NCBI RefSeq assembly: GCF_001194135.2
Contig: NC_068996.1
Location: 20,626,000 to 20,689,041 of the forward strand
Reading direction: 5' to 3'
Length of the DNA stretch: 63,042 bases
Source of the DNA: Octopus bimaculoides
Lineage: Eukaryota
Shown: positions 26,867 through 38,983 of the stretch, piece after piece
Layout: every line of letters begins with the position of its first letter
Numbering within the stretch: position 1 is the first letter of the stretch
Made by a program: the position numbers and the translations under genes
The notes under the pieces: model-generated
Databases searched by the model: none
Seen by the model: only the letters and a program-made list of their open reading frames with translations
Told to the model about the DNA's origin: nothing

Positions 26867-27619
26867 CTATAGTGAGACATTGGTGATAAAAAGATAAACT
26901 CTGAGGAATTTACAGATTATTTCCTACATCCAAATGGTAAATAAAACAAACATACATTACATCACCAGAAAATCCTGTGCTGCAGTATCGATCAATCGGA
27001 TTTTAGTTAATATCAGATGAAAATAAATGGAACAACTTTGTAAAAATCTTAAGTAGACTGTAAACAATTCATTTTATAACATATCACTCTGTTTTCTTTC
27101 ATTTGTTTTATAAACAGCCTGTAAATTATGTATAATATTATGGAGTTAAAAGGTATTTTCTTTTTATATTTTAGTCTTAGAAAGAGAGGTCTCAGGAACT
27201 CTCACACAGAATTTCTCAAAGTAAAAGTAGTTCATGTTTAAATCCAGGTATTCCTGATCAAAACCATTCCAGTCAGGACTACCCAAGTTATTTTCCAGAT
27301 GAATGCATCCAAAATTCTTTTTTCTTTTTTCAAAGAAGTAAAAAATAATTTTTCATAAAATGAGAATGTATGATTCAAAGGAGATTTTGTTGTGATTAGT
27401 TCATGAGTACAAGTTTATTTTGATGAAAGATAGAGATGAAGAAAAGAAAAGGAATTACTGATATGGGATAGAGAGAGTTCAGTTATGCTAGAACCATTGT
27501 CGTTACAGTTAGTGAGGATACAGCATTCTATCAGTTGCAGTATGTAAATTTGTCAATTGCTTCAATATTGATCGGATCAACTGGAACCCTTGTCGTCGTA
27601 ATTGACTGAGTGTCAAAAT

Positions 27620-27630
27620 ATACATACATA

Positions 27631-27681
<51 letters not shown>

Positions 27682-27842
27682 TGTATATACGTATACATAT
27701 ATATACATACATGTATACATATACATATATATACATACATATATATATATCCATATACATACATATGCATACATACATATATATATATATCCATATACAT
27801 ACATATGCATACATACATATATATATACATATATATATATAT
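27620..27842. repeat. Compound TA/TACA microsatellite
   Basis: Direct reading. Confidence 0.95.
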
Positions 27843-28143
27843 CTTGAGAGAAAAGCTGAACATTAGAAGCATCAGTTGTGGCGTGCAAGAGAGACGATTG
27901 TGCTGGTATGGACATGTGGTGAGAATGGATGAGGATAGCTGCGTGAAAAAGTGCCACACCCTAACAGTTGAGGGAACCCGTGGAAGACGTAGGCCCAGGA
28001 AAACCTGGGCTGAGGTGGTGAGGCAAGACCTTCGTACATTGGGCCTCACCGAGGCGATGACTACTGACCGAGACCTTTGGAAATGTGCTGTGCGTGAGAA
28101 GACCCGGCAAGCCAAGTAAGATCGTTGCCAGTGCCCCTGGACT
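27843..28143 (+). mobile_element. RTE LINE ORF C-terminus running into a gap
   Basis: [44 protein letters not shown]. Confidence 0.85.
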
Positions 28144-28920
28144 NNNNNNNNNNNNNNNNNNNNNNNNNNNNNNNNNNNNNNNNNNNNNNNNNNNNNNNNN
28201 NNNNNNNNNNNNNNNNNNNNNNNNNNNNNNNNNNNNNNNNNNNNNNNNNNNNNNNNNNNNNNNNNNNNNNNNNNNNNNNNNNNNNNNNNNNNNNNNNNNN
28301 NNNNNNNNNNNNNNNNNNNNNNNNNNNNNNNNNNNNNNNNNNNNNNNNNNNNNNNNNNNNNNNNNNNNNNNNNNNNNNNNNNNNNNNNNNNNNNNNNNNN
28401 NNNNNNNNNNNNNNNNNNNNNNNNNNNNNNNNNNNNNNNNNNNNNNNNNNNNNNNNNNNNNNNNNNNNNNNNNNNNNNNNNNNNNNNNNNNNNNNNNNNN
28501 NNNNNNNNNNNNNNNNNNNNNNNNNNNNNNNNNNNNNNNNNNNNNNNNNNNNNNNNNNNNNNNNNNNNNNNNNNNNNNNNNNNNNNNNNNNNNNNNNNNN
28601 NNNNNNNNNNNNNNNNNNNNNNNNNNNNNNNNNNNNNNNNNNNNNNNNNNNNNNNNNNNNNNNNNNNNNNNNNNNNNNNNNNNNNNNNNNNNNNNNNNNN
28701 NNNNNNNNNNNNNNNNNNNNNNNNNNNNNNNNNNNNNNNNNNNNNNNNNNNNNNNNNNNNNNNNNNNNNNNNNNNNNNNNNNNNNNNNNNNNNNNNNNNN
28801 NNNNNNNNNNNNNNNNNNNNNNNNNNNNNNNNNNNNNNNNNNNNNNNNNNNNNNNNNNNATACATATATATATATATCCATATACATACATATGCATACA
28901 TACATATATATATACATATA

Positions 28921-29560
28921 TCATCATCATCATCATTGTTTAACACCAGTTTTCCATGCTGGACTGGGCTGGATGGTTTGGCTGAGGTCTGGAGATCCAG
29001 TAGCTGCACCAGGCTCCAATCTGATATGGCAAGGTTTCAACAGCTGAATACCCTTCCTAACGCCAACCACTCGGAGAGTGTAGTGGGTGCTTTTTACACG
29101 CCACTGGCACAGGAACCAGTCTAGCGGTCCTGGCATTCAGATAATGCTTTCTACATGCCACCAGCATGACACCCAGTCAGGGAGAACTGGCATCGGCCAC
29201 GTTCGGATGATGTTTTTTATGTGCCACCACCATGGGAGCTAGTCATGGGGCACTGGCACTGATCATGTTTGGATGATGCTCTTTATGTGCCATCGGCATG
29301 GGAACCGCTCAGGCATCAACCACGTTCGGATGGTGCTTTTTACGTGCCACCAAAATGGGAGCCAGTTGGGTGACACTGGCATCGAACATGTTTGGATGAT
29401 GCATTGTACGTGCTACTGGAATGGGAGTCAGTCAAAGGGCCCTGGCCACAGTTACAATTTTGGTTTTTGCTTGATTCAACAGGTCTTCTCAAGCATATCA
29501 TATCGCCCAACACATCAAGTGTAGTCATAAATGGGCCAAGCATCAACACTGGCATTGCCC
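28921..29560 (-). mobile_element. RTE 3' end with internal ~60-bp VNTR
   Basis: (GAT)n tail at 28921, RTE 3' UTR, six diverged units 29087-29450, then a remnant of the ORF end. Confidence 0.75.
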
Positions 29561-29644
29561 ATGGCTGTGATATATATACATAAACATTTATATATATCTA
29601 TATTATTATATGATTGAATGCCATGCATCCTCTTCCAAGTAAGT

Positions 29645-29707
29645 TTTATCTATATACATATATATATATACATATACATGCATATATATACATATATATA
29701 TACATAT

Positions 29708-29765
<58 letters not shown>

Positions 29766-29778
29766 TATATATATATAT

Positions 29779-29809
<31 letters not shown>

Positions 29810-29830
29810 CACATACATATATACACACTT
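29645..29830. repeat. Compound TA/CA microsatellite
   Basis: Direct reading. Confidence 0.95.
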
Positions 29831-29986
29831 ATGTCAGGTCGCTCTTGAGTGCTACTGGTAACATGTAATCCAGTACAAGTTGTCGCATGGTCAGGTCGTC
29901 GGCGACTAAACTGGCTTGGTGAGGAGGGTGTTGTTTGACACTCTGCGGGATGAAAAATAAGGGCGAAGGAACTCCTGAACAGTCAA

Positions 29987-31018
29987 TTTCTTTATTAACC
30001 ATGAGGCAGAGAAAAAGAAGGGACAATACGAGGACAGACAAAATATATGAATAAACAATTAAAATATATATAATTAAATGAGAATGAGTGATTTACAAAA
30101 AATGATGTGGAGGATGCAGTCAACCCAACAAACCACATACTGACACTGAAGACTTTGCTTGTCCTCTTTTTGTTCTTGTTTAGACAGGTTCTTTCACTCA
30201 CAACATACTTGCTACAGACCTCCATCTTTTACGAAACACACTTTGTGACAGGCATTTCTTCAGCATTATTTTCCGTTTCATGTGGAAAACGAAAAAGTCA
30301 CTTAGCTCAAGACTGGAGATGAACATGCCTGTTGCAATTTCTTTCACTTTCGTCTTCCATACTACCTCTTTCGCAACAGCAACTACTGAGAGAAAACAGG
30401 CTCGCACCTCTCTATTCAGGGAGGGCGGCGGACCGATCTTAATTACAGATTCGCTCAACAGTTGTACTCTTCTCGAATGCGACAGCAGGTGTTCGACATA
30501 ATCCCAGAGTTCAGTCACCTTGGGGCATTGCACAATCGCATGCAGGACAGTTTCACTGTCCTGCTCACATCTTGCACAAACTGGCAAAAGCGCACACCCA
30601 TGTCTAAAGAGCTTATCTCGAACTGGTAAAGCTCTTCTGCAACATTGCCAGGCCAGGGATTTTTGGTAATTATCAATAGGCCCCGTCCCGAATGTTCTTC
30701 AGAATAGGTCAGCGAGTTGATCTTCGTCAAAGCCTAGGGTTTCTCCCTGGACATCGTTACACTTGAACTCTATTAACCCTCTATAGAAGAACAAGGTAGT
30801 ACTCCTGCAACCAGCGTTGCCCGATTGGGAGAGAAACACAAGTGCCTGATGGCTCTCTGCATGCCATACACCCAACCTCGGTCTACGCTTGATCCATGGG
30901 TCCAGTTCAGTAAACGATGTGAACTGTGGAAATAACAGCTCGACAAACGGAGACCACATCCGCTCACTGTCCAGGCAAAGCCAGAGGTGCCTAAGCTTCA
31001 GTGCATGTCTGCACATTT
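29987..31018 (-). mobile_element. 5'-truncated Tx1/L1-clade LINE 3' portion
   Basis: ORF2 C-terminus with CCHC zinc knuckle CARCEQDSETVLHAIVQC. AATAAA at 29996-29991. Confidence 0.8.
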
Positions 31019-31167
31019 TTATATATACATATATATATATATACATATATATATACATATATATATANNNNNNNNNNNNNNNNNNNNNNNNNNNNNNNNN
31101 NNNNNNNNNNNNNNNNNNNNNNNNNNNNNNNNNNNNNNNNNNNNNNNNNNNNNNNNNNNNNNNNNNN

Positions 31168-31862
31168 ACTACCATATATATAGAGAGACACAGAATACAC
31201 ATTAATACACACATATATATACAAATACCTGTCATTTTAAAAAATTTATTTCCTGTTTTTTATCACCCTTTCACCCTACAATTTTATGCATTTCCAAGAC
31301 AATTTCTCTGTACAAGTAACTTTCACATCGACAGTCATCAAGCATTTATTCCCTACAAACTGTGAGTCTTTTGAAAATCTTTTTTAAAACACATTTACTT
31401 ACTACCATATATATATACACAGAATGCACACTAATACATACATACACACATACATACAAATACCTGTCAATCTTTTTCAAATACGATTGACAGTCAAACA
31501 TTTATTCCCTACAAACTGTGAGTTTGTAGGGAATTCTATCAGTGGTTGAAACAATTTGGAATAGGAGTAGAAAGAGTAAATTAGATTGTTTTAGAGGGGA
31601 AAATGATTTTCTATGTAGTTTTATCGATTTTTTTCATAATTAGGAGTTATTATGACCGAAAAAATGACCCTATGACCTACGTTATTCTATTGTTACCCCC
31701 TACTGAGAGTGTTGCAATGCTCTTTGCAGGGCTTTCTATCCAGTTGCAAATCGATTGGTTGGGCGTAAACTTATATCAATCTTTGCCTCAATAATCATAA
31801 TTGAGTAGAATCGACTACTTTAAAGCAATTAAGCCCCGAGCAACGCTGGGCACTTCTGCTAG
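31168..31862 (+). mobile_element. Non-autonomous Helitron-like element, 3' end
   Basis: Subterminal hairpin GCCCCGAGCAACGCTGGGC (31833-31851), CTAG end (31859-31862) followed by T. Internal tandem duplication. The 5' end was not located. Confidence 0.65.
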
Positions 31863-32233
31863 TATAGCATGGCGGAAGAACGGTATAGTTAAATAGTTTT
31901 TAATAACTTGTTCTGATAGATAATTGTGTTTTTTGGTCATTTGTTCTAATGTAAAGCCATTCCTGAGGAAGTGCCAAACGTCAGACATCCAACGGATCAG
32001 TCGCTGGATAGAGTTGAGCACAGAAATGTTGACATCGAATGGTAAATAATTAAATAAATGGAATAAAAATCAATCGTGTTGGAAGTCTCTATCGTTTTTA
32101 AATATACAAATTTGAAACCTTGGAAATATATATATATATATATATATGTATATATTACTACAGTTTACAGGTGTATGTACTAAAGAGCCAAAAAGAAAGA
32201 CTTAATGACCATGGAATAATAAAGTACACTAAC

Positions 32234-32296
32234 CTTGACCACCTGTGGCAAATCGAGACCCATCTGGATGAATATCAATAGAAAATATTGGTTTAT
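32234..32296 (-). CDS. HIRA: Second identical copy of HIRA exon 2 (probable assembly duplicate, possibly a real tandem exon)
   Basis: Base-identical to 33120-33182 including splice sites and about 300 nt of flank. Separated from it by gap 32431-32931. Confidence 0.45.
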
Positions 32297-32994
32297 CTGA
32301 AAGTAAATATATAGTACAGAAATTAAACATTAAAATAAGAAAAGGATCAAAGTTACAAACCATTGCTGAGCTGTTGAAAACATTAAGGTATAATACTGAA
32401 ACATCACTTGTTACAAGTAATGAACTGTTGNNNNNNNNNNNNNNNNNNNNNNNNNNNNNNNNNNNNNNNNNNNNNNNNNNNNNNNNNNNNNNNNNNNNNN
32501 NNNNNNNNNNNNNNNNNNNNNNNNNNNNNNNNNNNNNNNNNNNNNNNNNNNNNNNNNNNNNNNNNNNNNNNNNNNNNNNNNNNNNNNNNNNNNNNNNNNN
32601 NNNNNNNNNNNNNNNNNNNNNNNNNNNNNNNNNNNNNNNNNNNNNNNNNNNNNNNNNNNNNNNNNNNNNNNNNNNNNNNNNNNNNNNNNNNNNNNNNNNN
32701 NNNNNNNNNNNNNNNNNNNNNNNNNNNNNNNNNNNNNNNNNNNNNNNNNNNNNNNNNNNNNNNNNNNNNNNNNNNNNNNNNNNNNNNNNNNNNNNNNNNN
32801 NNNNNNNNNNNNNNNNNNNNNNNNNNNNNNNNNNNNNNNNNNNNNNNNNNNNNNNNNNNNNNNNNNNNNNNNNNNNNNNNNNNNNNNNNNNNNNNNNNNN
32901 NNNNNNNNNNNNNNNNNNNNNNNNNNNNNNNAGCATATTGGCATAGAAATCTTTTTTCTTTTGCCCTTGTTTATAATTGCATATAAATATATAT

Positions 32995-33041
<47 letters not shown>

Positions 33042-33119
33042 TACTACAGTTTACAGGTGTATGTACTAAAGAGCCAAAAAGAAAGACTTAATGACCATGG
33101 AATAATAAAGTACACTAAC

Positions 33120-33182
33120 CTTGACCACCTGTGGCAAATCGAGACCCATCTGGATGAATATCAATAGAAAATATTGGTTTAT
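33120..33182 (-). CDS. HIRA: HIRA coding exon 2 (DKPIFSIDIHPDGSRFATGGQG), right copy
   Basis: 63 nt, CAG acceptor, GTTAGT donor, phase 1-1. WD40 motif of HIRA. Confidence 0.93.
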
Positions 33183-33794
33183 CTGAAAGTAAATATATAG
33201 TACAGAAATTAAACATTAAAATAAGAAAAGGATCAAAGTTACAAACCATTGCTGAGCTGTTGAAAACATTAAGGTATAATACTGAAACATCACTTGTTAC
33301 AAGTAATGAACTGTTGAAGTTTTCCCACCTTCCAAACTGCAACTGATTTTTCTGGTCCCTTGCCAAGAGAATTTTCACCAACATTACAGAGTTCTCTTTC
33401 CCTCCACTTCTCGATAAAAATGAGTCTATAAACAGTACCTTCATGGAGAAAGCTTCAATCTTTGCATTCAATTCCATACAATTCATCCTTCACCAATCTC
33501 CTCCAAATCTACCCCCTTTCTACCTTCCAACCTTACACACACACACACACTCCAAAGGCAGAAACAAGCAAAACCACAGGCCCTGGCAATACTCTTTCCA
33601 ACCTGTTCCTACATTCATTAAATCTTCAATCTTTCACTATCTACAGGGATATATTTGGAAATATCTCAGTGTGAACCATTCCAAAGAAAGGCAAACTTCT
33701 AATTCAGTCAGCTATCATCTTATTGCAGATATTGGAGACATCCATATTCTTTAATACTTCTGTCTATCCTCGGTCACCAACAGTACTGTTTCTT

Positions 33795-34020
33795 ATTTCT
33801 TTACTGCCCACAAGGGGCTACACACAGAGGGGACAAACAAGGACAGACAAAGGGATTAGGTCGCTTACATCGACCCCAGTGCGGAACTGGTACTTATTTA
33901 ATCGACCCCGAAAGGATGAAAGTCGACCTCGGCAGAATTTGAACTCAGAACGTAATGGCAGACGAAATACCGCTAAGCACTTCGCCCGGCGTGCTAACGT
34001 TTCTGCCAACTCGCTGCCTT
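33795..34020 (-). mobile_element. tRNA-derived SINE family B, near full length
   Basis: Highly similar to 11158-11390. Confidence 0.75.
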
Positions 34021-34419
34021 ACCAACAGTACTGTTTCTACAGAGCCAAATCCACTGATGGCCCACTCTCTTCTGCCCTCATCAGTCTATATTCACTTTAG
34101 AGAATGTGAATGAAAGCAAAATTGTTGATCTAGACATCTGCAAATGATTTGACCATGGCTGATATATATAAATCTTTTTTATCAAAATATCCTGCCTACA
34201 GGCTCTACCCATCACCCATCTCTTGGATCAGTAACTTCCCATCAGATTGCAACATTGGATGCATGTTTTGATGAAACTCTTTCTGTTCTACTTTCACTCA
34301 ACACTGGTGTGACCCAGGGTTCAGTTCTGTCTTTCACAGTCTTCCTTCTACACATCCACTCTTATCCAGATGAAACAACCGTTTATTCTACCTTAATCAT
34401 TCTTCAACCATGCTTCATC

Positions 34420-35300
34420 CCATTCATGACCTAGAAGCCACACATGAAGATGTAGACGTAGATTCTCCAAGAGCGTAGCTGTGAGAATAAGATTAGGTTG
34501 AGCAAAGTTTGGAGAGCTCCTACCCCTGCTGGCAACAAAGGGCTTCTCTCTCAGAGTGAAAGGCAGATTGTTTGATGCCTGTGTGTGAACAGCAATGCTG
34601 CACGGCAGTGAAACATGAGCTATGACAACCAAGGACATGCATAGGCTTGAAAGAAATGAAGCCAGTATGCTTCACTTTATGTGCAATGTGAGTGTGCATG
34701 TTTGATAGTGTAAGCATCTTGAGAGAAGAGTTAGGCATAAGAGGAATCAGATGTGGTGTGCAAGAGAGATGACTGCATTGGTATGGTCATGTAATGCATA
34801 TGGACAAGGACAGCTGTGTCACGTAAAGAACATTTTTTTGCATGTTGGGCCACATGGAGGCAAAGTTGCTGAGTACCTTTCTAGTGTTGGGCCTAGCTGA
34901 GTTCCTCTTGAGCATTGGATCTGATGGAGGCAAAGTAGATGAGTTCCTTTGAAGCATTGGGCCTAACAGAAGCAAAGTAGCTGAGTTCCTTTCAAGTGTT
35001 GAGCTTCACAGAGGCAATGACCAAGATCTTTGGCATGATGTGCTTGGGAAGAAGATCCATCAAACCAAGCAAAATTCCAGTCGTGGCAGTTATTGGCATC
35101 ATGCAAGTGGCACATAAATGCACCCCAGTGTGCTGGTGGCACAAAAAAGCACCCATTACACTCTTGGTGTGGTTGACATTAGGAACGGAATCCTGCCATA
35201 GAAAATCATGCCAAATAAAACTGGAGTCTGGTGCAGCCTCCCAGCCCAGTCAAACCATCCAACCCATGCCAGCATGGACAACGAACGTTAAATGATGATG
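34420..35300 (+). mobile_element. RTE LINE 3' fragment with internal 42-bp minisatellite and 3' UTR
   Basis: GRLFDACV..AMLHGSET..LHWYGHVMHMDKDSCV peptide, then repeats, 3' UTR and (GAT)n tail. Confidence 0.75.
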
Positions 35301-35894
35301 AAGGTTCAAGTCAATTGCTCAACTGAGTACTACATGTGGGATTCATGTACAAGACTTTCGTCAGCCCACACTCTACTACTAACTAATGCACCCTTGACAA
35401 TACTCTACCATCCCACTTATATTCTCATCCCTGTACCTTGAGGATATGCCCTGGCACTTTACCATCTCTCTCCCACTCTCACTCTTGATCATATTCACTC
35501 TCTGACTGGTTTAGCATGTATCTCCTCTACAGTAATAAACCTGTTTCTGTCCACATTCTTGATCTCTCTCTCTAGCAACATACCTATTTCTATCCTTCTG
35601 TCACTCTAGCCTCTCCTCATTTGGTACAAGGTCACCGCCTCCAATGCCTTTCCTCCCCAAAAGAAATTTGTCTGAGTAACCCTGTCAGTGCTAATGCATT
35701 CAGTCTACACTGGAAAGTGGTTAGTGTTTAGAAGGACATCCATGCCAAAACAAGCCTTGTTGATGCCAAGTAAAAAGTACTGTCCACTCTGTAGGAGCCA
35801 TAAAAACCATGTCAAAACAGACAGTAAAGCTTGGTACAATCTTCAGTCTAGCAAGCTCCTGTCAAACCATCCAACCCATACCAGCACATAAAAT

Positions 35895-35932
<38 letters not shown>

Positions 35933-36034
35933 GAAGTTGCAATGGGTAAATTGTCACCATTTTATAGATTTAATTTTGTGCACGCACATTGTTTTTGATT
36001 TTGTCGACTACACAGTTACCAGTACCGCCTGACT

Positions 36035-36230
36035 GACCTTCGTGCGGGTGACACGTAAAAGCACCCACTACACTCTCTGAGTGGTTGGCGTTAGGAAGGG
36101 CATCCAGCTGTAGAAACTCTGCCAAATCAGATTGGAGCCTGGTGTAGCCATCCGGTTTCACCAGTCCTCAGTCAAATCGTCCAACCCATGCTAGCATGGA
36201 AAGCGGACGTTAAACGATGATGATGATGAC
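36035..36230 (+). mobile_element. Young RTE-type 3' tail fragment
   Basis: GTTAGGAAGGGCATCCAGCTGTAGAAA...GGACGTTAAAC(GAT)n. Near-identical to 6640-6745 and the reverse of 55190-55345. Confidence 0.75.
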
Positions 36231-36361
36231 AGTATAGTAGGGTCAGTTTACTCTTTAGTATTTCAAGATATTTTTATGTAATCTGTTAAAATGAAATGTC
36301 AGTGTTATTTTCATTTTTGTGTAATTTAGATGACAGTTTATTCACTGCATCTTATATATTC

Positions 36362-36722
36362 TTTTCTTTTACTTTTTTCAGTTATTTGACTGCAGCCATG
36401 CTGGGGCACCACCTTTAGTCAAACTTAATTCTTTGTAAGCCCAGTACTTATTCTATCAGTCTCTGTTGCCAACCCACTAAGTTATGGGGATATACACACC
36501 CCAGCATCAGTCTCAAGTGTGGTGGGGAGACAAACACAGACATGCAAACACACACGCATACATAATGACAGGCTTCTCTCAGTTTCCATCTACCAAATCC
36601 ACTCACAAGGCTTTGGTTAGTCTGAGGCTATAGTAGAAGTTAGTTGCCCAAGGTGCCACGCAGTGGGACTGAACCTGGAACCATGTGGTTGGGAAGCTTC
36701 TTAAAACACAGCCACTCTTGCG

Positions 36723-36726
<4 letters not shown>
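36362..36726 (-). mobile_element. tRNA/CORE-like SINE family A
   Basis: Homologous to 53581-53988. Confidence 0.7.
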
Positions 36727-36776
<50 letters not shown>

Positions 36777-37178
36777 TGCATTTTATGCATTTGAAGGATA
36801 GATGGACACACACACATACACATTATCACCGTTGTTTAACATCTTTTTTTCTGCTGGCATGAATTGAACAATTTGACAGGATCTGATTAGTTGGAAGATT
36901 GCATCATACTCCACTGTATATTTTGGCATGCTTTTCATGGCTTGATGTACTTCCTAAAGCCAACCACTTTATAGTACTGGGTATAATGATTCTGGTGTGG
37001 GGGTGATGAGAGAGGATACAGCATGTGTGAGGAACTGATTTAGAACTATGAGAGGGTGGTGGCAGTAGAAAGGGTAATAGGATAAGCACTATTAGGGGAG
37101 ACTATGGAAAGGACAGTAGAAAGAGAGGAGACTGTGTAAAAAGCTACAAGATTATCCCATATAAGGGTAAGTATAGAT

Positions 37179-38147
37179 CAGTGTTTCTCAACCAGTTTTA
37201 CCCACGGACCCCTTTGATTCCAATTTTACTTGGATGGATCCTCCCAGCCATTCAATGTTAAAAAAATCATATTTTTATAATTAAATATTATTAGGAATTG
37301 TATTTTAAAAAATTGGGACCTTTATGATTTGACGGGCAACATTTTTTTATGTAGTGTTTTTGGTACCGAAACACTTTCAAACTTCGTATACTTGTATATT
37401 TTGTGGTATAGAACAGATAAAAAATTTTGTATTCGAATTTATTTCACGTTAAAAATTGTCTTATTTCGATAATTTCAACTAATCACTGACGTCTATTCAG
37501 TTGAATACAGTTAGTGCTGTGACGGTGTATATATGGTATTAATCTCCATTAGTTCTGACATTTCCGATTAACTAGACTGTTCGTAAACAAAGGAAAAAAA
37601 GCCATCAAAATACTTGAATTATTAATGCACCTCCACCAAGTGCTTCATTTCCTAGAAATAGCAGCCAAATCTTCTTCAAATCAAACTCTAGTTTAGGGTT
37701 AGGGTTATGAGTGAGGTTATGGCAAAAATATACACACACAGATACGCACAGCGTAATTTATTATATAAACAATATATGCGTATAAATTACGATTAAACCG
37801 GATGAAATATGTCACAGGGAATAACACACTTAACACCGGCTGTTTACAAAAGAGCACTGACTGTATTCAGCTGAATAGACGTCAGTGATTGATTGAAATT
37901 ACAGAAATACGACAACTTTAACATGAAATAACTTGCGATGTACAATTTTTTGTTAAGAAGGCTAAGAGAAAAAGTTGTTTTGTATGACACATTTTACAAG
38001 TGTCCCAAGTTTGAAAGTGTTTCATTAAGAAAACAAGTGTTGGCCATCAAATCACAAAGATCCAAAAATTGTTAAAATGTTCTGTGAAACATAAGAAATT
38101 TATTGCAGATAACAAAATTTTATATGGACCGCTGTTGAGAATCTCTG
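37179..38147. mobile_element. hAT (Charlie-like) MITE hosting a nested element
   Basis: TIRs CAGTGTTTCTCAAC / GTTGAGAATCTCTG. 8-bp TSD GTATAGAT/GTATAGGT. Confidence 0.75.
37316..38063. mobile_element. Merlin-like MITE (GG termini, 8-bp TSD) nested in hAT MITE
   Basis: 26-bp TIRs (22 of 26 match). Perfect TSD AAAAATTG at 37308-37315 and 38064-38071. Confidence 0.75.
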
Positions 38148-38807
38148 GTATAGGTAGATATGAGAAAAGGGAATATGAAAGAAAGAATAAAAATAGAAGT
38201 GACGTGGCTCCAGAAAGTCATTTAAAGAAAGGGTGTGTAAGGAAAGGAGATATGCTGAAGTGACAGAGAAGCTGTTGGAGAAGACAATGAAAAAAGACTA
38301 AACAGACTGTGAATGTAAAAAGAACATCCCAGGTGGGAATTAGGGAGGAAAAGTGAGGATAGTGAGATGAGAACATTATAGAACTGGTGCAGAGCAAAGG
38401 TTAAAAGCTTTGAAAATAACTTGGGCATGGAGGCTGAGGAGAGGCAGTGAATAATTGCCCACTGTTCAAGACTGTCTCAGTTATCAACACTCATTTCGTA
38501 AGCATTCTTTCTGCCATGCTTGTCCAAGAGAGTGGGTTTTCTCCACTACAGCATGTCACCAGTCTTCATGATCCCTTGTCATCTCCTTTGTGAGGTTCAG
38601 TATCTTGAGAAGAATTCAGCACTTCATCTTCCTGTTACACCATTTGCTTTGTGCACTTAGCATAGTTTTATACAGCAGTGTTAAACCATACATACAGTCT
38701 TGCAAACAATATTGAATGCCTCTTATACACAGGCTTTCTCTCGGGTAATTTCTACTGTGTTGTACAGCCTCCTCTCTCTCTATGCCACTGATGTTATCCA
38801 AGACAGT

Positions 38808-38983
38808 CTGATATAGCTTGGCACTAGTGACGTTGCAACTCATCTCTACAGCCAAGTGAACTGGAGCAATGTGAAATAAAGTGTCTTGTTCAAGAACACA
38901 ACACACAGCCTGGTCCAGGAATCGAACTCACTACCTCGTGATTGTGAGACTGATGCTCTAACCACTGAGCCATGTGCCTTCAC
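38808..38983 (-). mobile_element. tRNA-derived SINE (third family)
   Basis: A box TGGCTCAGTGG and B box GTTCGATTCC, followed by CORE-like GTTCTTGAACAAGACACTT. Plus-strand relative near 57440-57690. Confidence 0.7.

Noticed and set aside
27770-28920. Same compound microsatellite before 27843 and after the 28144-28859 gap; long 272-492 aa ORFs here
   Set aside because: The ORFs are mostly N runs and TA repeats. The repeated flank suggests an assembly or haplotype join.
37692-37707. Interstitial telomere
   Set aside because: Only about 2.5 TTAGGG units, inside a MITE.
38900-38983. tRNA gene
   Set aside because: A/B boxes are present, but the sequence continues into a SINE body and no convincing cloverleaf or terminator is seen. 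The same applies to the other SINE heads.
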